Assembly (NCBI GenBank): GCA_950097015.1
Contig: CATNEN010000034.1
Coordinates: forward strand, 496,001-560,000
Origin: Macrostomum hystrix
Taxonomy: Eukaryota > Animalia > Platyhelminthes
DNA: 64,000 nucleotides
Reading direction: 5' to 3'
Positions 1-12,889 of the stretch are shown here, piece after piece. Positions within the stretch are counted from its first letter, which is position 1. Each line of letters starts with the position of its first letter. Both the position numbers and the translations under genes were made by a program. A model generated the notes under the pieces. That model was not told the DNA's origin, ran no database searches, and was given only the letters and a program-made list of their open reading frames with translations.

Positions 1-836
1 CAACTGTACTCGATTACTTGAGCGCATGAAATTGGAGCAGTGACTATACAGACTCAACTGTACTCGATTACTTGAGCACATGAGATTGGAGCAGTGGCTA
101 TACAGACTCAACTGTACTCGAGTACTTGAGCACATGAGATTGGAGCAGTGACCATACAGACTCAACTGTACTCGAGTACTTGAGCACATGAGATTGGAGC
201 AGTGACCATATGGACTCAACTGTACTCGATTACTTGAGCGCATGAAATTGGAGCAGTGACTATACAGACTCAACTGTACTCGATTACTTGAGCACATGAG
301 ATTGGAGCAGTGGCTATACAGACTCAACTGTACTCGAGTACTTGAGCACATGAGATTGGAGCAGTGACCATATGGACTCAACTGTACTCGATTACTTGAG
401 CACATGAGATTGGAGCCGTGACTATACAGACTCAACTGTACTCGAGTACTTGAGCGCATGAGATTGGAGCAGTGACCATACAGACTCAACTGTACTCGAT
501 TACTTGAGCACATGAGATTGGAGCAGTGACTATACAGACTCAACTGTACTCGAGTACTTGAGCACATAAGATTGGAGCAGTGACCATACAGACTCAAATG
601 TACTCGAGTACTTGAGCACATGAGATTGGAGCAGTGACCATATGGACTCAACTGTACTCGATTACTTGAGCACATGAGATTGGAGCAGTGACCATACAGA
701 CTCAACTGTACTCGATTACTTGAGCACATGAGATTGGAGCAGTGACCATATGGACTCAGCTGTACTCGAGTACTTGAGCACATGAGATTGGAGCAGTGAC
801 CATATGGACTCAAGTGTACTCGAGTACTTGAGCACA
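1..836. repeat. 54-bp minisatellite, about 15 copies, truncated by the window start
   Basis: Unit CAACTGTACTCGATTACTTGAGCACATGAGATTGGAGCAGTGACTATACAGACT repeated head-to-tail with few substitutions. Confidence 0.95.
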
Positions 837-1339
837 TTATATTTTTTAGTTCTAGAAAGTGAATACGAGTACACACACAGCAACCGTAATAAGTCGAATA
901 CTGCAGAAGCTACTCATGCAATAAATTATGGTAACACGCCGATTGACGCCGATAACAGCGCACTCTCACAAGCCCTGCTTTCATTGCAGAATTATGCACC
1001 CATTGTAGCGATCTTGAAAGCCGGTGATTAAACGTTTCTGCGCAATTCACATAACCTAATTCCTTGGCTCGCTTTAGTTCTGCTAAACAAAGTGAAAGCA
1101 AAATTCAGCACTAATTGTGCAGGCAACAGAGGGACGGAGCTGTGATTAAATAATATGAATTATAACCATTTTGCAGCCTCCTCAACTACAGAATAGTTAA
1201 GATCTTTTGTTGATCATCGAGCTAATGTGTCTGTTTGCGTACTGCGCACAGCAGTTGAAGGTCGAATTGGCAGGAAGGGAATTATTTTTTTGATTCGATT
1301 GAAAAAACTGCCTTGTTGGGGTGGCTGTAACCACACTAA

Positions 1340-1875
1340 GTTTTCTTCGAAATCCCATTTCTTCGAAATCACATTTCTTCGAAATCCCATTTCTTAAAAA
1401 TCCTATTTCTTTCGAAATCCCATTTCTTTCGAAATCCCATTTCTTTCGAAATCCCATTTCTTTCGAAATCCCATTTCTTTCGAAATCCCATTTCTTTCGA
1501 AATCCCATTTCTTTCGAAATCCCATCTTCAGGAAATCTCGATTGCATGAAATCGTCAGTCTCAGAAATTTTGATTCTAGAAAATCCTACTTCCCGAAACC
1601 CTAATTATCCAAACTCCCGTTTCTTTAAAATCCCAATTCTCCAAAATCCCAATGTTCCGAAAACCTGATGCCAGGAAATCTTGATGAAAGAAAATTTAGA
1701 TTCCAGGAAATCCCGATCCAGAAACTCCGATTGGATGAAATTGTCATTCTCCGAAATCTCAATTCTGGAAAATCCCATTTCTTCGAAATCCTTTGACTCT
1801 GAAATATCGTTTCTCAGAAAACCTGAAGCCAGGAAATTACGATTTCGTGATTCTCGAGAAATCCAATTTCTCTAG
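1340..1875. repeat. 17-bp GAAATCCCATTTCTTTC array with degenerate flanks
   Basis: Near-perfect core at about 1411-1525; decayed copies extend to about 1870. Confidence 0.85.
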
Positions 1876-2398
1876 AATCCCAAAACACGGCCCAATAAAC
1901 TTTGTGCATCTCCACCAAATGACTGCCGACACAGCGTGTCCTAAAGTCATTCCAGATGTCGGCCTGTTGAATTCTACACGCAATTGTGTCCTAATCAATC
2001 TTTGCCAAGCGCGGCTGCGAAAATCATCTCTGGCGAATAGGTGGCACGCTGGGGGGTCAATGCCCTCCCACCCGTTGCCAGGATGCAACACTAGCCGGCT
2101 ATATCAGCTTCACTCCCAACAATGTCTTTTCTTCGACGAAAAGAACAAGTTGAGTGAATGTTAAGAGCTGGCTGTGGGGCAAATATGTATTTGACAACAG
2201 CCTCGCTGTGCGCTTTCGCCTCCGTTTCCCACCACTTTGACATCCCATTGGAGTAAGGGCCGATGGGAATAGGGAATTATCGTTTCCCAAAGGCCGAAAA
2301 TACAATATCTTGGGGCTTAACAGAAAAGGATATTTTGGGATTTCAGCTGCGCTACAGGCCTTTTGGGATTAATTAGTAACATATTGTTAGATGCAAAA

Positions 2399-5170
2399 AC
2401 CAAATCCTTCAGCTGTGTCTGAATCCACCCAATATCCCAATCCTTCAGCTGTGTTTGAATCTACCCAATATCCTAATCCTTTAGCTGTGGCTGAGTCTTC
2501 CCAATATCCCAATCCTTCAGCTGTGTTTGAATCTACCCAATATCCTAATCCTTTAGCTGTGGCTGAATCTACCCAATATCCCAATCCTTCAGCTGTGTTT
2601 GAATCTACCCAATATCCTAATCCTTCAGCTGTGTTTGAATCTACCCAATATCCCAATCCTTCAGCTGGGTTTGAATCTACCCAATATCCCAATCCTTCAG
2701 CTGTGTTTGAATCTACCCAATATACCAATCCTTCAGCTGGGTTTGAATCTACCCAATATCCTAATCCTTCAGCTGGGTTTGAATCTACCCAATATCCCAA
2801 TCCTTCAGCTGGGTTTGAATCTATCCAATATCCTATAGCTGTGTCTGAATCTAACCAATATCCCAATCCTTCAGCTGTGTTTGAATCTACCCAATATCCT
2901 ATAGCTGTGTCTGAATCTACCCAATATCCCAATCCTTCAGCTGTGTTTGAATCTACCCAATATCCCAATCCTTCAGCTGTGTTTGAATCTACCCAATATC
3001 CCAATCCTTCAGCTGTGTTTGAATCTACCCAATATCCCAATCCTTCAGCTGTGTCTGAATCTACCCAATATCCCAATCCTTCAGCTGTGTCTGAATCTAC
3101 CCAATATCCCAATCCTTCAGCTGTGTTTGAATCTACCCAATATCCCAATCCTTCAGCTGTGTCTGAATCTACCCAATATCCCAATCCTTCAGCTGTGTTT
3201 GAATCTACCCAATATCCCAATCCTTCAGCTGTGTCTGAATCTACCCAATATCCCAATCCTTCAGCTGTGTTTGAATCTACCCAATATCCTAATCCTTCAG
3301 CTGTGTCTAAATCTACCCAATATCCCAATCCTTCAGCTGTGTCTGAATCTACCCAATATCCCAATCCTTCAGCTGTGTCTGAATCTACCCAATATCCCAA
3401 TCCTTCAGCTGTGTCTGAATCTACCCAATATCCCAATCCTTCAGCTGTGTCTGAGTCTTCCCAATATCCCAATCCTTCAGCTGTGTCTGAATCTACCCAA
3501 TATCCCAATCCTTCAGCTGTGTTTGAATCTACCCAATATCCCAATCCTTCAGCTGTGTTTGAATCTACCCCCAATCCTTCAGCTGTGTTTGAATCTACCC
3601 AATATCCCAATCCTTCAGCTGTGTCTGAATCTACCCAATATCCCAATCCTTCAGCTGTGTTTGAATCTACCCAATATCCTAATCCTTCAGCTGTGTCTAA
3701 ATCTACCCAATATCCCAATCCTTCAGCTGTGTCTGAATCTACCCAATATCCCAATCCTTCAGCTGTGTCTGAATCTACCCAATATCCCAATCCTTCAGCT
3801 GTGTCTGAATCTACCCAATATCCCAATCCTTCAGCTGTGTCTGAGTCTTCCCAATATCCCAATCCTTCAGCTGTGTCTGAATCTACCCAATATCCCAATC
3901 CTTCAGCTGTGTTTGAATCTACCCAATATCCCAATCCTTCAGCTGTGTTTGAATCTACCCAATATCCCAATCCTTCAGCTGTGTTTGAATCTACCCAATA
4001 TCCCAATCCTTCAGCTGTGTTTGAATCTACCCAATATCCCAATCCTTCAGCTGTGTTTGAATCTACCCAATATCCCAATCCTTCAGCTGTGTTTGAATCT
4101 ACCCAATATCCCAATCCTTCAGCTGTGTTTGAATCTACCCAATATCCCAATCCTTCAGCTGTGTTTGAATCTACCCAATATCCCAATCCTTCAGCTGTGT
4201 CTGAATCTACCCAATATCCCAATCCTTCAGCTGTGTTTGAATCTACCCAATATCCCAATCCTTCAGCTGTGTTTGAATCTACCCAATATCCCAATCCTTC
4301 AGCTGTGTTTGAATCTACCCAATATCCCAATCCTTCAGCTGTGTCTGAATCTACCCAATATCCCAATCCTTCAGCTGTGTTTGAATCTACCCAATATCCC
4401 AATCCTTCAGCTGTGTCTGAATCTACCCAATATCCCAATCCTTCAGCTGTGTCTGAATCTACCCAATATCCCAATCCTTCAGCTGTGTCTGAATCTACCC
4501 AATATCCCAATCCTTCAGCTGTGTTTGAATCTACCCAATATCCCAATCCTTCAGCTGTGTTTGAATCTACCCAATATCCCAATCCTTCAGCTGTGTTTGA
4601 ATCTACCCAATATCCCAATCCTTCAGCTGTGTCTGAATCTACCCAATATCCCAATCCTTCAGCTGTGTCTGAATCTACCCAATATCCTATAGCTGTGTCT
4701 GAATCTACCCAATATCCCAATCCTTCAGCTGTGTCTGAATCTACCCAATATCCTAATCCTTCAGCTGTGTTTGAATCTACCCAATATCCCAATCCTTCAG
4801 CTGTGTCTGAATCTACCCAATATCCTAATCCCTCAGCTGTGTCTGAATCTACCCAATATCCTAATCCTTCAGCTGTGTCTGAATCTACCCAATATCCCAA
4901 TCCTTCAGCTGTGTCTGAATCTACCCAATATCCCAATCCTTCAGCTGTGTCTGAATCTACCCAATATCCTAATCCTTCAGCTGTGTCTGAATCTACCCAA
5001 TATCCCAATCCTTCAGCTGTGTCTGAATCTACCCAATATCCCAATCCTTCAGCTGTGTTTGAATCTACCCAATATCCCAATCCTTCAGCTGTGTCTGAAT
5101 CTACCCAATATCCCAATCCTTCAGCTGTGTTTGAATCTACCCAATATCCTAATCCTTCAGCTGTGTCTGA
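2399..5170. repeat. 36-bp minisatellite, about 77 copies
   Basis: Unit AATCCTTCAGCTGTGT(C/T)TGAATCTACCCAATATCCC; produces the 942- and 945-aa repeat ORFs. Confidence 0.97.
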
Positions 5171-5689
5171 AGCATTATCTAGCACTTCCTTTTCGGAATC
5201 ATTATTTGGTCGCATTAGGTCTAACTAACCCCTACAGGCTATGGTGAAAGTGGGTTCCATACCTTGCCAGACGACATTCTTGACATGCTGAAAGCAAGCT
5301 TTGCGCTGTGTTTCGCTAATGTTAAGGGCATTGCCCGTATCGCTTTTACCGAGGGAATCTTTCACTGACAAGCAAATTGTTGGCAGCAAAATCGCTTCCT
5401 CCGCGCACTTCTGCTGTGCCAGCGGTCGTAAATACTATCGCCCGAGGCTGGCTAAAGCTTAGAGTGCCACTGTAACCACCAAAACAAGGTTTCTCTGGTT
5501 TGTGCAGTTCCTGAAATCTAGATTCTCCGAAATCCAGATTCTGAAAGGAACCCAGTGCTACTTGAAAAAAACAAAAATTTTTTTTTAACTTGGATGCTCA
5601 AGATTCTAGAATCTTGATTTCATGAAATCCTGATCACCTAATCGGGATTAAGGTCATGCAACATACCGATTATTATTCCCATTTTATTT

Positions 5690-6050
5690 GGAATCCGAAT
5701 TCTTTGAAATCCCGATTCTTGGAAATCCTGATTCATTGAAATTCCGATTCTTTGAAATCCCGATTCTTTGAAATCCCGATTCTTTGAAATCCCGATTCTT
5801 TGAAATCCCAATTGTGTGAAATCTCGATTCTTTAAATCCTGATTTGTTCAAATCCCAATTCTTTGAAATCTCGATTCTTTGAAATCCAGATTCTTTGAAA
5901 TCCAGATTCTTTGAAATTCAAATTCTTTGAAATCCCGATTCTTTGAAATCCCGATTCTATGAAATAAAAATCCTTTGAAATCCGGATTCTTTGAAATCCC
6001 GATTCTTTGAAATCCCGATTCTTAGAAATCCGAATTTTTTGAAATCCTGA
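5690..6050. repeat. 16-bp GAAATCCCGATTCTTT array, related to the 1340-1875 family
   Basis: About 20 degenerate copies in the same orientation as the 1340-1875 array. Confidence 0.85.
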
Positions 6051-6322
6051 CCGTTTAGAAATTGACGAGTGACCAGTATCTTTCAGTGCAGGCACTCCTA
6101 GAAATTGCAAAATGAAAAACTGTGGCAGAAAAACATGCAACTTTTTTGCGAGACGTACTTTTTTCAGCGCCGGCGGTCATAAATTTATTGTTTATAGGGG
6201 CCTTAGCAACTCGAGTTTCTAATCCCCTAGCTACATGTTACAAGGATTGATAGAATCACTAATTTACTAAGTCTGTTGTAATTATCCATTGAATTTCATT
6301 GTCTAGGATCCCCTAATCCTAC

Positions 6323-6745
6323 GGGGGCAGTGGCAGTGGCAGTGGCAGTGGCAGTGGCAGTGGCAGTGGCAGTGGCAGTGGCAGTGGCAGTGGCAGTGGC
6401 AGTGGCAGTGGCAGTGGCAGTGGCAGTGGCAGTGGCAGTGGCAGTGGCAGTGGCAGTGGCAGTGGCAGTGGCAGTGGCAGTGGCAGTGGCAGTGGCAGTG
6501 GCAGTGGCAGTGGCAGTGGCAGTGGCAGTGGCAGTGGCAGTGGCAGTGGCAGTGGCAGTGGCAGTGGCAGTGGCAGTGGCAGTGGCAGTGGCAGTGGCAG
6601 TGGCAGTGGCAGTGGCAGTGGCAGTGGCAGTATCGCGTTCGCCTCTCGCACCAAGGTCCCTCAGTTCGATTCCGCGGGGAGGCCACATTCAGAGAGAAGG
6701 CTTGGGGGCTTGTCGTGCAATTTACGCCCTTGAGGGCTAACCTCA
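6323..6745 (+). mobile_element. tRNA-Val-like SINE copy with a microsatellite-expanded 5' end
   Basis: 6632-6690 (TATCGCGTTCGCCTCTCGCACCAAGGTCCCTCAGTTCGATTCC) resembles eukaryotic tRNA-Val and has a B box GTTCGATTCC; aligns by eye with a second copy at 49951-50095. Confidence 0.7.
6326..6631. repeat. (GGCAGT)51 perfect hexanucleotide microsatellite
   Basis: 306 bp of uninterrupted GGCAGT. Confidence 0.98.
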
Positions 6746-6754
6746 GCCGACAGC

Positions 6755-7015
6755 ACAGCCGCAGCTATTACGCGGCGCATCTGAAGGCTGCGTACGGCTG
6801 ATCAGTCCATACAGTTCAGTCCATGGACAGGGGGACGCCACACCCACCTTCAATTACCCCAGCTAATGCTTGTACCCGTTTAACAGCTGGGTGAACTGTA
6901 GCAATGCAGAGTTAAGTGTGTTGCAAAAGGACACAAATTGTTCCAGTGGAGTCAGGAATCGAACCCCCGACCTTCAAGTCGTGAGTCCGACGCTCTAACC
7001 ACAAGGCTACAACCT
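6755..7015 (-). mobile_element. tRNA-derived SINE with a CORE-like central domain
   Basis: Minus strand: head GTAGCCTTGTGGTTAGAGCG...GGTTCGATTCC (A and B boxes), then TGTGTCCTTTTGCAACACACTTAACTC...CACCCAGCTGTTAAACGGG, which resembles the MIR/CORE domain; 3' part recurs at 13884-13950. Confidence 0.65.
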
Positions 7016-7784
7016 GATTACATAATAATGCCCGAATCGCCCTACTACCCGGTAATTCCAAAAAATCAGCTCGTCCCCTAATAGGTGACAGCGTGATCAA
7101 GCACATCTTTCAAGCACATTCGTTTCACGTCATCAAAATCTCTTGTCCGTCTTTGATGGCAAAACCAGGAGAACGTACAATCACAAAGCCCACATTTGTG
7201 AGTCACGCCGCCTGTCAACCGGCAAGTACACCAGCCGTCATTCCGCAGTCATCTCCGCCCAGTTCGTATTTGTTTAAAAAAGCTGATCGCGTCGTCACAG
7301 GAGCAGTCGTGACACAGTCTGATGGCCACCAATTCATCATCGATGTCTCGACTGCGGATCTAAATAAACCCGCGCCCGCGGGAGCCGCATTGGGAAAAAA
7401 AACATTTTTTATACAACTAAAACAAGTTTTTTGTCCAGGCTAAAAAAGCAGCAAAATAGGAAAAAAGAAAAAGAAATGGATGATTTCTGCAGTGGCTACC
7501 CAAGCTTCGCTGTCTCGAAAAACAAAAAACTACAGAAGGTATGCACTGCAAGAGATGAGTGCCATCCCGATTGTGGCTGGGTGGGTGGCGTATCTCCGTG
7601 ACGCATCTCTACCCAACCTCCTCCCTTCGCCCAGATACAGCAGACAAAAGACTGAAATGTCTGCAAGTCGTGCAGGACCGCATGAAACCTAATTTAAAGG
7701 CTCTGTTTTCAGAACTTGAAACTGCTAATCAGCAGGGCCGGCAATTTACTGCGTTGTGAAATTATCTGTTTGATGCTGAATATT

Positions 7785-8255
7785 TTACCTGTTAGATACC
7801 GATTATTTACCTGTTAGATAGGGAGTATTTTACCTGTTGGATACTGAGTATTTTACCTGTTGGATACTGATTATTTTACCTGTTGGATACTGAGTATTTT
7901 ACCTGTTGGATACTGAGTATTTTACCTGTTGGATACTGAGTATTTTACCTGTTGGATACTGAGTATTTTACCTGTTGGATACTGAGTATTTTACCTGTAG
8001 GATACTGAGTATTTTACTTGTTGGATACTGAGTATTTTGCCTGTTGGATACTGAGTATTTTACCTGTAGGATACTGAGTATTTTACCTGTTGGATACTGA
8101 GTGATTTTACCTGTTGGATACTGAGTATTTTACCTGTTGGATACTGAGTATTTTACCTGTTGGATACTGAGTATTTTACCTGTTGGATACTGAGTATTTT
8201 ACCTGTTGGATACTGAGTATTTTACCTGTTGGATACTGAGTATTTTTATGTTGGA
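7785..8255. repeat. 23-bp minisatellite
   Basis: Unit TACTGAGTATTTTACCTGTTGGA, about 20 copies. Confidence 0.95.
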
Positions 8256-8624
8256 CACTGAAAATTTACCCGTTAGATAAAGGGTAAATTGTTATCTGCT
8301 AGACACAGCATCGTTAACCGCTTAGCACCAGAATTAAAACTATTCAACATAAAAGTTTAGGTGTTTTAGCTTTAGACACAAAAGGTCATAAGTTGCATCA
8401 TCTTTCAAACCTTGATTGGACCGAGAACTAGAAAATGTACACTTATTACATTGCGACGACTTCGGAAAGAAAAAGGAAAAAAAAAGTTACTCCACGTCTA
8501 GCTCCTTTCACTTTTCTATCCGCTAAATAATTTCACTTCCCCAATCATATCATTTATCCCTTTAATCATGTAATCATAAAATTTCTAACTAATCTCATTA
8601 CTCACTTCCTCATTCTTCCCAGGT

Positions 8625-9590
8625 CATTTCTCCCCCCACATCATTTCTCACCATCATCATTTCTCACAGACATCATTTCTCCCCGTCATCATTTCTCACC
8701 GTCATCATTTCTCCCCCTCATCATTTCTCACCGTCATCATTTCTCAGCGTCATTATTTCTCACCGTCATCGTTTCCCTCATCATTTCTCCCCCTCATCAA
8801 TTCTCCCCCCTCATCATTTCTAACCGTCATCACTTCTCACCCTCATCATTTCTCACCGACATCATTTCTCCCGTCATCATTTCTCCCGTCATCATTTCTC
8901 ACCGTCATCATTTCTCCCGTCATCATTTCTCCCGTCATCATTTCTCACCGTCATCATTTCTCCCGTCATCATTTCTCCCGTCATCATTTCTCACCGTCAT
9001 CATTTCTCACCCTCATCATTTCTCACCGTCATCATTTCTCACCGTCATCAATTCTCACCGTCATCATTTCTCACCGTCATCATTTCTCCCGTCATCATTT
9101 CTCCCGTCATCATTTCTCACCGTCATCATTTCTCACCCTCATCATTTCTCACCGTCATCATTTCTCACCGTCATCAATTCTCACCGTCATCATTTCTCAC
9201 CGTCATCATTTCTCCCGTCATCATTTCTCACCGTCATCATTTCTCACCCTCATCATTTCTCACCGTCATCAATTCTTACCGTCATCATTTCTCACCGTCA
9301 TCATTTCTCCCGTCATCATTTCTCCCGTCATCATTTCTCACCGTCATCATTTCTCACCCTCATCATTTCTCACCGTCATCATTTCTCCCGTCATCAATTC
9401 TCACCCTCATCATTTCTCGCTGTCATCATTTCTCAGCGTCATTATTTCTCACCGTCATCATTTCTCAGCGTCATTATTTCTCACCGTCATCATTTCTTAC
9501 CATCATTATTTCTCCCGTCATTATTTCTCCCGTCATTATTTCTCCCGTCATTATTTCTCCCGTCATTATTTCTCCCGTCATAACTTTTCC
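8625..9590. repeat. 15/16-bp minisatellite
   Basis: Unit CATCATTTCTC(A)CCGT, about 60 copies. Confidence 0.95.
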
Positions 9591-10189
9591 CACAAATCTC
9601 ACTACGCACTCCCTCATTCTTCTATCATCATTTCTCCCCTCATCAGTTCTTCTCTCATCTCACCACTTTAATCTATCCTTTTAATCGTTTAAAAGGATTC
9701 CTTTAATTCTAATCCTTTTCTCTCCTTCTCTCATTCCCCTCAGTTTTCGCCACAAAAGCCTCTCCATCTGCACCAGTGGCGAAGGCAGACTAGCAAATTT
9801 ACTAGCAAAATACACAGGCAAACACACACAGTTAGCTGTTTATTATCTTAGTAGTACAGTATCTTCCAAAATAATAACGCCATTTATCTAATAACACTAT
9901 GGCCTGTAAATGCCTTCCGACACCCCTGCCATTAGAAGAAGACGTAGCGAAATATTAATTGCGCAGCCAAAATCTATGAATAAAGAACTGATTCTCATAA
10001 AAAGTATTTTAATAAACATATCCTAGGAACAGTCAGCCGGTTTTTCTAATTCTGCTACAAATTATTCTGGAACTAAGAAAATGCAACAAACTAGATGAAA
10101 CCGTTGCTAGCTTCTCTTGCTTCAGAAAAGTTTAACAGCTTTGATTCCACAATCTCCGAACGGATGGTAGATTAATGAAGGATTACTAA

Positions 10190-11265
10190 ACTGCAGTATA
10201 AACTGCAGACAAGATGCTGTCTGGTACAGATCTGACAGCAGTATAAACTGCAGACAAGATGCTGTCTGGTACAGATCTGACAGCAGTATAAACTGCAGAC
10301 AAGATGCTGTCTGGTATAGATCTGACAGCAGTATAAACTGCAGACAAGATGCTGACTGGTACTGATCTGACAGCAGTATAAACTGCAGACAAGATGCTGT
10401 CTGGTACAGATCTGACAGCAGTATAAACTGCAGACAAGATGCTGTCTGGTACAGATCTGACAGCAGTATAAACTGCAGACAAGATGCTGTCTGGTACACA
10501 TCTGACAGCAGTATAAACTGCAGACAAGATGCTGACTGGTACTGATCTGACAGCAGTATAAACTGCAGACAAGATGCTGTCTGGTACACATCTGACAGCA
10601 GTATAAACTGCAGACAAGATGCTGACTGGTACACATCTGACAGCAGTATAAACTGCAGACAAGATGCTGTCTGGTACACATCTGACAGCAGTATAAACTG
10701 CAGACAAGATGCTGACTGGTACACATCTGACAGCAGTATAAACTGCAGACAAGATGCTGTCTGGTACAGATCTGACAGCAGTATAAACTGCAGACAAGAT
10801 GCTGTCTGGTACAGATCTGACAGCAGTATAAACTGCAGACAAGATGCTGTATGTTACTGATCTGACAGCAGTATAAACTGCAGACAAGATGCTGTCTGGT
10901 ACTGATCTGACAGCAGTATAAACTGCAGACAAGATGCTGTCTGGTACACATCTGACAGCAGTATAAACTGCAGACAAGATGCTGTCTGGTACACATCTGA
11001 CAGCAGTATAAACTGCAGACAAGATGCTGACTGGTACTGATCTGACAGCAGTATAAACTGCAGACAAGATGCTGACTGGTACTGATCTGACAGCAGTATA
11101 AACTGCAGACAAGATGCTGTCTGGTATAGATCTGACAGCAGTATAAACTGCAGACAAGATGCTGACTGGTACTGATCTGACAGCAGTATAAACTGCAGAC
11201 AAGATGCTGTCTGGTACTGATCTGACAGCAGTATAAGCTGCAGACAAGATGCTGTCTGGTACAGC
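10190..11265. repeat. 45-bp minisatellite, about 24 copies
   Basis: Unit AACTGCAGACAAGATGCTGTCTGGTACAGATCTGACAGCAGTATA. Confidence 0.97.
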
Positions 11266-11754
11266 CATAGCCGCAGATACAACTCAGGCAATTATGACAT
11301 CAGCCGCAGATTCTGATCAGTTGATTTCAATAGCGCAGTGCTGAGCTCTCACGGACTCAATGCCAACCAGCTCAGTGGATTATTATCGCGATCATTATTA
11401 TGCAACCTAATTTGAGGAGCAGCGACTGCAATCCACCCAGTTTATGTTATCCAAAGAGTTACGTCACTAGAATACCAGCCACAGCGGTGATATATGCATA
11501 TCCAGTGCCTTGGCACACACACACAACAGCATCTCCTATGATCAGTTGCCTGGCCAAATAGTTCAAATCAAGATAAATCAAATAGTCTAAAAATTTTGAT
11601 AAACTGACTCAACTGGCTTTTGTTGGCTTATTGGGCAACGCAAATCAATGCATTTTTTAATGGTAACTGCTTTGTTCCTACTACTCATTGATCCTTCTCA
11701 TTTGCCTCTCTCTTTCTCCTCTATCTGTCCCTTCATTTCTCTTCCTCTGTTCCT

Positions 11755-12335
11755 CCATTTCTCCCCTATTCTGTCACTACATTTCTCCCCTACTCTGTCA
11801 CTCCATTTCCACCCCCGCTCTGTCACTCAATTTCTACCCTCTCGGTCCCTCCATTTCTCCCCGCTCCATTTCTTCCCTACTCTGTCACTCCATTTCTCCC
11901 CTACTCTGTCACTCCATTTCTCCCCTACTCTGTCACTCCATTTCTCCCCTACTCTGTCACTTAATTTCTCCCCTACTCTGTCACTCCATTTCTCCCCTAC
12001 TCTGTCACTTAATTTCTCCCCTACTCTGTCACTCCATTTCTCCCCTACTCTGTCACTCCATTTCTCCCCTACTCTGTCTCTCCATTTCTCCCCTACTCTG
12101 TCACTCCATTTCTCCCCTACTCTGTCACTCCATTTCTCCCCTACTCTGTCTCTCCATTTCTCCCCTACTCTGTCACTCCATTTCTCCCCTACTCTGTCAC
12201 TCCATTTCTCCCCTACTCTGTCTCTCCATTTCTCCCCTACTCTGTCTCTCCATTTCTCCCCTACTCTGCCACTCCATTTCCACCCCCGCTCTGTCACTTC
12301 ATTTCTCCACCTAATCTGTCACTCCATTTCCCTCC
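11755..12335. repeat. 24-bp pyrimidine-rich minisatellite
   Basis: Unit CATTTCTCCCCTACTCTGTCACTC. Confidence 0.95.
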
Positions 12336-12889
12336 TCTCCGTCCCTGCCCATCCCCATCCAATCAGCATATCCAAGTGATGGATTTAGGCCATAGACACC
12401 TGAATCCGATAGCGCCGAGGCAGAAATGTATCGGGGCAGGCAGAAAATTCGCGTGTTTCGGGTTGAATTTTTGTGTTTTTTCTAGCGCACAGTGGAATGA
12501 AAGATACAGTCCTGATTGCGTACAGATTTCCCGTATGCATGGGCTATCAGTTTCTGCCGTCTCTAGCCACACTCTGTGCTCTCGCTCCCTGATTTTCTTA
12601 GATTTGCCCAGTCCTAGTCAGCCTGACCAGGTGTTTCAAGTGCTAATTGGCTAATCCTAGACAATATTTATCCATCAGATCATAACATTGCGGATAGGGG
12701 GGGCATTGTAGATGCCATTCTATGGCTTATCCAGCAAAGTGTATTGCACAAGTAGAGCCATCCGATGCAACAAATTACAGTTGGATAATACTGCTTTCCT
12801 GTTTAATAATCAAATGTTATACCTCAGCCACCGCTAGTTTTAGATTGACAAATCTAGATATGTGCCTTAAAATATAGATCTGCAAAGCA

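Noticed and set aside
900-1031. Ankyrin-like look of YGNTPI...IVAILKAG
   Set aside because: Spacing and the TPLH core do not fit; chance similarity is likely.
6296-6740. Poly-TA, -HC, -LP and -VA ORFs
   Set aside because: These are reading frames of the (GGCAGT)n microsatellite.
6940-7015. tRNA genes here and at 6632-6700, 15640-15710 and 49951-50020
   Set aside because: Stems pair poorly and shared non-tRNA bodies follow the heads, so these are SINE heads rather than functional tRNAs.
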